A stretch of DNA of 64,000 bases, from contig CM120647.1 in NCBI GenBank assembly GCA_051362555.1, forward strand, positions 2,418,001 to 2,482,000, read 5' to 3'. A model generated the notes under the pieces. It was not told the origin of the DNA. It saw only the letters and a list, made by a program, of their open reading frames with translations, and searched no databases. Each line of letters opens with the position of its first letter. Positions within the stretch are counted from its first letter, which is position 1. Below are positions 26,213 to 36,002 of this stretch, one piece after another. A program made the position numbers and the translations under genes. This DNA comes from Lingula anatina (lineage: Eukaryota; Animalia; Brachiopoda).

Positions 26213-28684
26213 TGCTTGCCTTCCGCTTGCCAAATGTGCAGAAGTTCCGCAGCAAAAAGCTGTCCGCAGAAAAAAGTCAAAAACTCGAAAAGTCGCAAAC
26301 TCTAAAAGTCGCAAACTCTAAAACTCGAAAACTCTAAAAGTCGCAAACTCTAAAAGTCGAAATATCCAATAGGGGCCACCATACTTTACAGATGTTAAAA
26401 ACAATCTTGTGATATTTCCTCTCAAATGTTTGAGTCTGTTCATGTATTCCATTAAGACAGTACATAAACATAATATATCTGGTGCATATGCTGTCACTGT
26501 CATTTCACCAATGGTCTTGACTGCTTCAGTAAATCACCAAATCTAAATGTGACTTTAGACTTATTAATTGTGATGTTATATGAATGTCAATAAGGTGCAA
26601 CAATTGGGTTCTTTGACCTGTCAATAATATAGTCAATGTCACTGCTTTCTTGCTCAATTGTAAAAGATTAAGTTGTTTCACAGGTGAAAGTTTTTTAAGG
26701 TAATTCAAAAGCAAACTTGTGCCCCATATATCACATTGTTCCTTGGTAATGCAGGTCTAGAAGTAAAAACTCCTCTCATCAATCTAACCACATGAGGATG
26801 ACCACCTGCTGGACACTTATCCACCATAATAAAAGTTGCTTACCGTATATCTTGCTGTATTTAGAGCAGAATATCCAAGCTTCTCATCAAAGCAATATGG
26901 GCTAAAAATTTTACAACATCAGTTACATTTGGTGACAATGTATTAATGTTCCTCTCATTACAATATTGAATCCATCTTGAAATGTAAGATTCGTATTGCT
27001 TGACAGTTGTACCTCTCCATGAGGACATAACCAATTTGACAGCTATTGGCGAAAATGCCATATCTTCGAAACTTTCCCTGACAATACACAAGCCATTAGC
27101 TGTAACTTTGGAAGATGATTGTCCATGTTTTTGTGTGGGTGCAACAGCAATTCTTGATTCCTGGGAAGTAAAAAAAGACAAGATATTAACATATATGGCT
27201 CAATTTTGAAAACCATACTTGAGTTGTCCAATAAGGCACTACCACTATAATACTATATCCACTTGATCAAACTCAGTCTTGCTTAACATCTTTCCTATTA
27301 AAGAAAAAGGTGGAAATGCATAAGCATTCATCTGTGACCAGTCAATAGACAAGGCATCCATTTTCATAGCAAATGGGTCAGGTTCCATGAGACGTATTGA
27401 GGTAGTTGATTATTCAGCCTTGAAGCAAACAGATCCGTTTCTGGTAGATAAAACTGCTTAGTTATATCTTTAAATACTGTTGGGTGCAACTTCCATTCAA
27501 GATTATCATGATCAAGTCTACTTTCTTTATCAGTTTCTAGTTCTACATTATTTTCTGATTCAATATATGCAACTGATAGCCATATATTTTTTCCCTTGCA
27601 CCATAACCAAAATTTTCTGGCCAAGTCATTTAGTGAGGGTATTTTCCCTCCCATTCGAGCATTATATGACAAAGCAGTTGTATTATCTATACACATTTTA
27701 ATGTGAATATTTGTAAAAAGGATGGGGGGGGGGGGGGAATGCAGGGGTATTACATCAGGAGGGAACTGGTCAGCAGTTGAAAGAACTTTTCACATTAATC
27801 ATCTTGAATTACATGTATTAGCTGTATGGTTTGCTCTAAACTGCTTTGCACAAGATGAAACATCTCAGCGATTTTGATCACTTAAAAATTTTGATTTTGA
27901 TCACTTAAAAAGGATAGTAAATTGGCTATTTTGCATTAAGTAAAAAAGTGTTGAAAATGGAAATAAACTTGTTTCAGTACAGTTATCTCTTGTTTATTAC
28001 ATCTAGTAGATTGGGTTATTTGTTTTATTTTATATATATAATTTTTTTCCTTGCATGTATGAACATTTTTCTATTTCTGGCATTTACAAAGTGTGAACTT
28101 GAACTTTCATGGGTCTGAAGCCTTATATATATGTCAGTTACAATACTTACATCCATATCAAGTGTTTTGCATAATTAAAATTTGGTGCTTACTTTACTTT
28201 GCATAATGTATTATTGCAACAGAATTGCCAGTTGCCTATTTGGTGCATCATGTTTTTCTGCTTTCTTTCTGTACATTTGACAGTTTATAGTAGGTCAGAT
28301 TTATAGCTGATCCAAATACAGGAACAACAGAGAGGAGTTCAGGTCCATTGCAAAATGGGAAAACTCAACTACAATCTTTATTGAGTATAAAAATAAAATC
28401 AAATAATACTCCTGCATGGCAGCTATACACATGAGGTGAAACACACCTTCAAGACCTCCTCATATATATCTATGAATGATTGTACTCTGTGCCTTTTACT
28501 TGAAGTAGTGCCCAAGAACAATTGCTGACACCTATGCCAACTGAACTCACTGTTGAGTTGCTAAGAATGTTTAAAAATTGTATAGTGAAGGCAAAATAAT
28601 TCACTGTTTTATTAAAAACATTGTCAGACTAGAATGATTACTTGAAAATATTTTTGTATAAAGTATAAAATTTGATAAATTTTG

Positions 28685-28857
28685 TTACAATAGATCTTGG
28701 TAAAGTGAAGCTGCAAAATGACTGGGGCTGCAGTATTTGGTCTTAGGGTCAGTCTCAACATGATTGTGACGATGTCCACAAATTTCATCATATTGTGCTA
28801 GTGGAGACAGTGATGAAAGATAGTAGTCTGGTTGGAACAGGGGGTTCACGTACGACC
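28685..28857 (-). other. Terminal-exon-like cassette, copy E (intact): (G)SYVNPLFQPDYYLSSLSPLAQYDEICGHRHNHVETDPKTKYCSPSHFAASLYQDLL*
   Basis: ttgttacAG acceptor at 28859-28858; 173-nt phase-1 frame to TAA; matches ORF 28685..28879. Confidence 0.45.
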
Positions 28858-29724
28858 CTGTAACAAGCAATGCCAACATATCTTTTCTTCATCTGTGATG
28901 TCTAATTTTTCTCTAGGTTTTCCCAGAACAAATCAATGTTCCATGGAGATTTATTTTAATGTTATGTCACACACTGTGCCTTAAATTGTAACATCTAAAA
29001 TTATCATTAAAAATTATAAGCATTAGGGGAAGAAGATCAATCATAATTTGGAATTAAGTGAAAATGCAACAATGATTTCTACACCATTATGTAGCTTAAG
29101 GGTTACTGTACACAGATATGTAATGGAAGTTTTTTAACCTTATATGCTTTAGTAAAATGAGATCAAATATCAAATGAGATCAAATTTGAGGCATTTCAGG
29201 AAAATTAATTACCAAAATGCATATATTGATATAACTTAAACCTAGGGTATGTTTAGTAGATTTTCCTCTGCATTTTAATGATTTAATAAGGTTTTGGAAG
29301 TTGATTTGATAGTGGGTGAGATTTTTGACTAATACGAGTACTGAAGGGGGTTAAGTTCAAACCACGAATACAAAAAGGGAAAAGGAATTATTCATAGTAG
29401 GCAGTCTAAGTTAGATATTACAATGAAATAGACACACACACACACACACACGCACATACACACACACACACACAGTGGCGGGTGTTGGGGGGGATCCTGA
29501 CCCCCCCTTTTAATATCTGAAAACAAGTCACACCAATGGTCCCTTCAGAATTTTGACTAGCTGAATCATAGCTATAAACCGTGCCAAATGGCACCATTCG
29601 CCCTCTTAAATACCCAAAATTTTCTGGGCCCTTTAGCAGGCGCTGAACCCCATGCCAGGAGGCAGAAGAGTTGGCTTCACATCCGTCGACTCCCCCTTCA
29701 AATAATCCTGGATCTGCCTATATA

Positions 29725-30277
29725 CGAGGGCCAGTCAATAAATAACCAGCCTAACCTATTTTGGGTTGAGATCTACTTCTTCTTTTTCAATATAATTTCC
29801 CTCCTGGGCAATGCACTTGGACCAACGGTGTTCAAGTGCAATCAGCCTAGAAGTGAAGAAGTCAGGGTCCTTTCCACTGAACCACTCCTCAACTGTGGCC
29901 ACGACTTGGCTGAAAAGACCTGGCTTCATCTTCTAAAGACGTTCTACCGCATTTAAACTCCCCAACCCAGAATTGCACATAAGATGGTGCAGAAGACCCA
30001 TACACATCAACTAACTCGGCATGTGTGTCCTTACCAGTTTTACGAGTACCTTTCAAATGCAAGTACTGAATTACAGAACGGTACTCCATTTTTGATGAAA
30101 AGTTTGCTTTTACATCACTAGCCATGTTTGACATTCAATATCTGACAAACAAATGACCGTATTCATGTGTAGTTTTGTACCCAGGTACAATACATGTATT
30201 GAAACAATGCGTGAAAATCGTGGATGTCTCGGTTGATTGGAGATGTGTTAGGCTGGTTATATATTGACTCGCCCTCG
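29725..30277 (-). mobile_element. Internally deleted mariner element
   Basis: TA-flanked TIRs CGAGGG..AGTCAATA.ATAACCAGCCTAAC; HTH region MEYRSVIQYLHLKG...EFKCGRTSLEDEARS joined to a C-terminal remnant (EHRWSKCIA..GNYIEK). Confidence 0.85.
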
Positions 30278-31157
30278 TATATATATATTTTAAGTTCCTT
30301 TGGCACATTAAGAAAATAACAGTTTTTGTGTAAAATATGACCCATTATTCAGTCACACAAGGTGAAATAAAGGTCAGAAAAGATCATTAAAATGCAAGGT
30401 CACGTGATCAAATCTCTTTGGTTCTGCCTAGCCTCCAGCATCCCCAGGGCCCGCAGTCGTTCTAGTGTCAGACGTAGCATCACTGAACTTTTTTGTCATG
30501 TGTCATATTGGATTTGGTGACTACCTTATATAGGCTTAATTAGTCACCATATATTGAACCTGATAAATTCACACCTATCACGAGACAGGAAAAACACATG
30601 ATTTTGTAACAGCTGGTTATAAAATCAATGAAGCGGAAATTTTAAACATCCAAGTGGTCAGCCCACTCTCTTATGGCCAAACAAGTACATTTGTACTCAT
30701 TTACATGGTTGGAATCGTTTCTCGGTAAAGAAGTACAAGAAAGTTTTCTGATGCGTTTTCATTGACTGTCAGTATACATTTGGAAATTAAAAGAAAGTAA
30801 CACTCAGAATGACTTTAGATGGGACGTCATAAAAAAATCAGCGCCACACAGAAGAAATCAGCACCTATGCAACCTTTGCCTGGATGAAAAACTGTTAATA
30901 ATGATAACGCCAGATACTCTAAATAAAAGAACTGAAATAATTACCATGTGTTGGCACAAGGTGACGTAACTGACAAGGCGTGCAACGTCAGTGTCGTCAC
31001 ACCATGCAGATAATTATGTATATACATGTATATATAAATGGCTAAAACACCATTTTCAAATAAACACCTCCTGATAATCAGGCAAACTCGGAGTCGGGGT
31101 TGATACATGTCTCGTTTTTTTATAATTATTTATTAATTTTATATATATATATGTGTA

Positions 31158-31189
<32 letters not shown>

Positions 31190-31703
31190 TCTGCCTGTAG
31201 CTGAAGGGTTATGCTACAAAATGCTATTTAATATTGAGTTTTATATAAGTAATTGATGGTCAAATATCAATTGAAGTTAATTTTGAAGCATTTTCTGGAA
31301 AATAAACCAATATTTATTAAGATAATTTTCACATAGAATATGTCTTTAAGGCATGTTGGTTATATTTCAATGATTTAATAGGGTTTGGGGAATTTATTTC
31401 ACAGTAGGTGTGAGCAATGATTATTATAAGTACTGCAGGCAGTGTCTCAGTTCAATTGCCCAAAATGGGGTAAGAGAAAAGACATTATCAATAGCACATG
31501 TAGTAATTCTAAGTAAGATATAACTTTGATTTATATATCATTGTGTACCTGAAAGGGTTGCTCTAAACAACTAATGAATGTCATGTTAATTGAATTGTGG
31601 CTAAACCAGGTAGCTTCACATAATGTCTTTGTTTATAGTTAGTAATTCCTTAGAATATGTTGTATAAAGTTTAAGGAGGTAAGGTGAGCTTGTTTCTTAA
31701 TTT

Positions 31704-32193
31704 TATCAGGCTTAGAAGTTTAGCAAATACTGTTGATGTAGTTCACTTGTCAGAGGTTGTCAGAAGTCTGGGGATCTCGCAGCTCAAAGTAGACTCTAAC
31801 ACACAAATGTTCTCTATATTCAGTTTATTCAATATATTCTTCTACTTCTCAGCTCTACTCCTCTTAATACGACCTGCTCTCTTGCTCTACCTCTGTCAAC
31901 TCTACTTCTCTAGTCAAACCATCTCTTTACATAGGTTCTACACTATAATTTATGGGAGGAAATGGGGGACAATAAATTGAATCTGGGGCTACTAGGTGAC
32001 TACAATAAGACTACAAGAAAGGAAGTGTCTGATGTTCTGACTACAAGAAAGGAAGTGGCTATTGTTCTAAGCTATCTAATTGAACAGGTGAACAGGTCGT
32101 AAAGTCTGAGAGGAAGTGCCATTGCATAAACAAAGTAAAGAAATCTTGCAACTTTATGTAACTAAAGACAAATAAATAAAAGTAGTTATGATA
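31704..32193 (-). repeat. 3' LTR (490 bp)
   Basis: No differences from 41157-41646 found by eye; TATCA...TGATA termini; minus-strand AATAAA at 31824-31829. Confidence 0.95.
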
Positions 32194-32226
32194 TGTCTCC
32201 CGTGGTCGACAAAAATTGTGCCTCAA

Positions 32227-32742
32227 ATTTTTGTTTTGGTTTGAACTTATACAGATATGTGTACAAGAAATTCATTTAAATCAAAAGAAACATTATATAA
32301 TATCCCTAAATATTTATGAAGCAAATGCGTACATGTCCACGAACACAAATATATGGTTTGAACTTATACAAATATATTTATATACCCACAAGTGCTTTAT
32401 CTAAATCTAAATAAATGTACCATTAATATGTATGCAGACACTACATACACATCTACAAAAGAAATCTTGCAACTTTATGTAACTAAAGACAAATAAATAT
32501 TTTTGTTTTGGTTTGAACTTATACAGATATGTGTACAAGAAATTCATTTAAATCAAAAGAAACATTATATAATATCCCTAAATATTTATGAAGCAAATGC
32601 GTACATGTCCACGAACACAAATATATGGTTTGAACTTATACAAATATATTTATATACCCACAAGTGCTTTATCTAAATCTAAATAAATGTACCATTAATA
32701 TGTATGCAGACACTACATACACATCTACAAAAGAAATCTTGC
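32227..32742. repeat. Tandem duplication (272-bp period) in the env-LTR spacer, with an embedded LTR fragment
   Basis: 32227-32470 equals 32499-32742; the junction 32458-32499 equals LTR sequence at ~32138-32179. Confidence 0.9.
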
Positions 32743-33324
32743 TAACTTACAGGTTATAATTATGGTCACATTGGACATGTTGGTTACTTAAAATCGCAAG
32801 CTAGTAAATATACAATTAAAACTATGACTATATAAAAGGCTATTGATAAATGTTACGGTACTAATAAATTAACAAAATACATTATAACATGATACCGAAC
32901 TCATGTTTAATTCAGTGTTCACCCATATTACACATATATTTAGTTACATATACTTTAATTAGGTTTAATATTTAATTAGGTCATTATTTTATTCTAATGC
33001 CCTTCATGCTTTGATGTTGTACCACATCTTGTCAAATATATATGATTATAACTCTATACATAATACCTTATATCCCAACACCATACATATTTAATAATAT
33101 CATATATTGTCAAACATATATTTATTATTCTAATTATTAAACCTTATGTTTCAATACCTATGACAACTCTTTATTTTTTCAATTATGTTGTAAACAGTGC
33201 AATATGATTATTTGTCTCATTATTGGTAAATAATTCTTACATTCATATCTACTTTCACACGCAAGTGAACAAGTCTTTCTTATTGTTTTGCATATGTATT
33301 CTTTTTCTTTGCGCAATATGGCTA

Positions 33325-35675
33325 TTATAGGTAGACTAATCTTTTGTGGTGTATCACCACTAAATATACATCAAACGGTACTTTGGTTAATCTTTTTAGC
33401 TTTAGATAGTTCCACAGTGGTAAGTAAACAGTGACAGGCAATTGGATGTCAGAATTTGGTTTTGCATGGCAGGTTTGTACTAGGACATCATCTCCCCATT
33501 GAATGATTATCTTGGGACGGAGTCCTTTGACTAATGTTATATCTTTAACTAATGGAGCTCCCCTAACAGTAATTTCATTCGGACAAGATTGGATTTTTGT
33601 CAGTGGAATTATTTCATTCATTTGATGGTTTGATACTTCGATTGCCAAACAGTTTTTCAACTTTCTATTTCTGCATCGTCTCCATAGAATTATGGACAGC
33701 ACTAGCATCAAAGTGGCCATAAAATACACAGTGGGTGTAATCTCAGCAGTCAGGATTTCATACATGTCGAATTTTGTAGTTTCAGGTTGAGTTGTGGTGG
33801 TGAGCTTGTAGACAAAGATAGGGGCAGGCGTTGCCCTTGCTTGCCCTATTGTTAGCATAGTAGCTCCCAAGATTTTTAGTTTGTATGCCAAAGAAAAGGT
33901 GAAAAGTATGCCTAAACAAGCTAAACCTAAGGCTACATATGCAACTATTTCTTTCAGAGCCATATCAGGTTTGGGTAATTGTAAGTCTCCAGATAATAGT
34001 GGTTCGGTGAGCGATTGAAAGATTGTTTCTCCCTTTTTGGCAGCCTTCATTGCCTCTTTGAGATCCATTTGTATTTCCGAATCCTGATTAACAAACTTTG
34101 AAAAATTATGTGCAAATAATTTTATTGTGGGGATGTCCACAATTGGGGGAGTAGAGAATGATGAATGGCTTAAAAGGTGAGAAAAATTTTGGCTATCGAA
34201 AAAATGTTGAATTACTGCTAAGTTTATGGGGTGTAACACTTCTACGTCACTGGATGTTTCGCAAATCTGTTGGGGTGGCAGAAAAAAGGTTGAATGCTTA
34301 ATAGCGCATGAGCAAGGCACAGTCATAATGCAAAAATCGCACCCTGTAACTGTGGTGTTTGTTGCACATTCAAAAGTGAGATTGTAAATTTTACTGATAA
34401 TGATGTGATCCTTTCCCAGACGCTTAACTGATGGGGATGCACTATTGGGAAGGAATTTAAAATGACATATTTCCTTAACTTTGGGTTTATTTTCTTCTAG
34501 AATGGCCTGAATACAATCATAATTAACCGCGGGTTTTAATTTGGTAGCTTTACATAATCTTATTTTGTTTCCCGTACACTCATCAAGAAAATCTCTGCTA
34601 AAAGTTATCGGTGCCTTGGCCGAGGAAGACTTCCCAAAATATTCTGGAATATTGGTTAGAAGCGAGGAATGGTTACTTGTTGCATTGAACGGTATTTTAA
34701 AGACTTCGGTTTCAAACACTTGGAAACTGTTATGAGGTGCAAAAATGGGAATTTTGAGTGTAACGATAATGGAATCATTCATTTTGTTAGTAGCAAATTT
34801 TGCATATTGGTAATAGTATTGCATGTCCTGTTGAATAGAATAATGCTTTCCATGTTGTTGCAGGGCTGTCTGAATATGTTTTAGTGTGCTAGCCAAAACT
34901 TGGGGAGGGAATAGTACTGGTGAAAGCTTGCCATGTGTTAAGTCGTTTAGTCCTATAACTGTGCTACTTATCTCTTGGCTAAGTTTAGCAGTAACTGTAC
35001 TTAGGTGCATCAGTTTAGTGATCAACTTAAAATTGAACTCCATTTCATTTTCCACTACTTTCAGGTCTCCACCTATCATAACACCTAAATGGTGGTTAGC
35101 CGCTATTTCCTTAACTATATTTGTTAGTCTCAGATTTTGGTGATGGAATATCGAACCAAACTGGCGTGAAAATTTAGAGAAGGTTGTTAGGGCTTTTTGT
35201 TGTCTTGCTTGCAAGATATTCATATGATCGATAACCTTGTTGACTTGGCTTTCGGTTGCAACTCCGAACAAAGATTTCGCTATGTTACCCACAAATGGAA
35301 GAACTGAACGCTTTTCTCTACTCAATTGGCGACTAGGGGTCTTGAAAATCATGTCAACTTTGTGGTGGAAGGCTCTCAACTCTGCAGCAGTCTGACTGTA
35401 GAGCCTTTTTCCTTCTGAAATGGCCCTTTCCACTAATACACATGTTTTGTCGTCCACACGCCCTTCACAGTCTAGGTCATACGCTGACTCTGACGGAATG
35501 TCAGGTATGTGGATCGTCATTGAATGCAGCCAATAGTCGCTTACAATCCTAACAGTTCCCTTATCATGCAACATCAGTCCGTAATTCATAAGGGCTCTAT
35601 CTGCTAGGGTAACAGGCACAGTAGCTAACATCATCAGGATAATGAGTATGAGGTTGATGTCTCTTGTTTGGGTCA
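33325..35675 (-). CDS. env: Envelope/fusion glycoprotein (baculovirus-F/errantivirus-like class I fusion protein) with C-terminal extension
   Basis: Hydrophobic signal (LILIILMMLATVPVTLA), furin site REKR then fusion-peptide-like SVLPFVGNIAKSLFGVATE, heptad region, Cys-rich ectodomain, N-glycosylation sequons, TM IVAYVALGLACLGILFTFSLA, second TM VYFMATLMLVLSIILW. The annotated GTG start overlaps a splice acceptor. Confidence 0.88.
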
Positions 35676-35708
35676 CTGAAGGGGAAGAAAGAAAGGGGAG
35701 AGATTAGC
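35676..35708 (-). promoter_or_regulatory. env splice acceptor (branch point, polypyrimidine tract, CAG)
   Basis: Minus strand reads gCTAATctctcccctttctttcttccccttCAG|TGACCCAA. Confidence 0.8.
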
Positions 35709-36002
35709 AATTGCTTGCCCATCTTCTGCCATAGACCAGCTATAAAGAAGTTAGGCCAGAAAAAGAAGTTAGGGTAGGCGCAACCTCAAACTTGATAAAT
35801 AAACACTCACAAGTGATTACCTATGAACAATGGACTACCTTATATTAGTTACAGAACAACACCTTAGCCATTTACTGACAACAACTGAGCTAACACAACT
35901 CGTTCTCAAAACTGCCGTTAGACCAAAATTTCCTATATAACAGAGAAAAAGGTAAAATAAAAGCATGAGTCACTCATGTCCTTGCACCGGCACAATTCAC
36001 AG

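Larger units (their letters stand above)
21449..26383 (-). mobile_element. IS3EU-like DNA transposon (degenerate)
   Basis: Perfect TIR TATGGTGGCCCCTATTGGATATTTCGACTTT at both ends; subterminal 8-mer arrays (TTTTCGAC/TTTTAGAG); 6-bp TSD CTTTAC (21443-21448, 26384-26389); spliced transposase N-terminus. Confidence 0.8.
20410..27860 (-). mobile_element. Degenerate, 5'-truncated DIRS-type tyrosine-recombinase retrotransposon, interrupted by an IS3EU-like element
   Basis: RNase H (IDNTTALSY..RMGG...LWC...WLSVAYI), MTase-like segment (DLFASRLNNQLPQYVSW; YAFPPF), YR N-terminus (SSWRGTTVKQYESYISRW), LLTGQR, YR C-terminus at 21245-21448 (STISRWIK...ILKMAGWS..CTF). Inverted terminal structure at 20410-20460 / 20748-20793. 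Confidence 0.85.

Noticed and set aside
31684-31980. Duplicated 98/103-aa hydrophobic ORFs (also 41122-41433)
   Set aside because: Antisense frames of the CT-rich LTR; identical only because the LTRs are.
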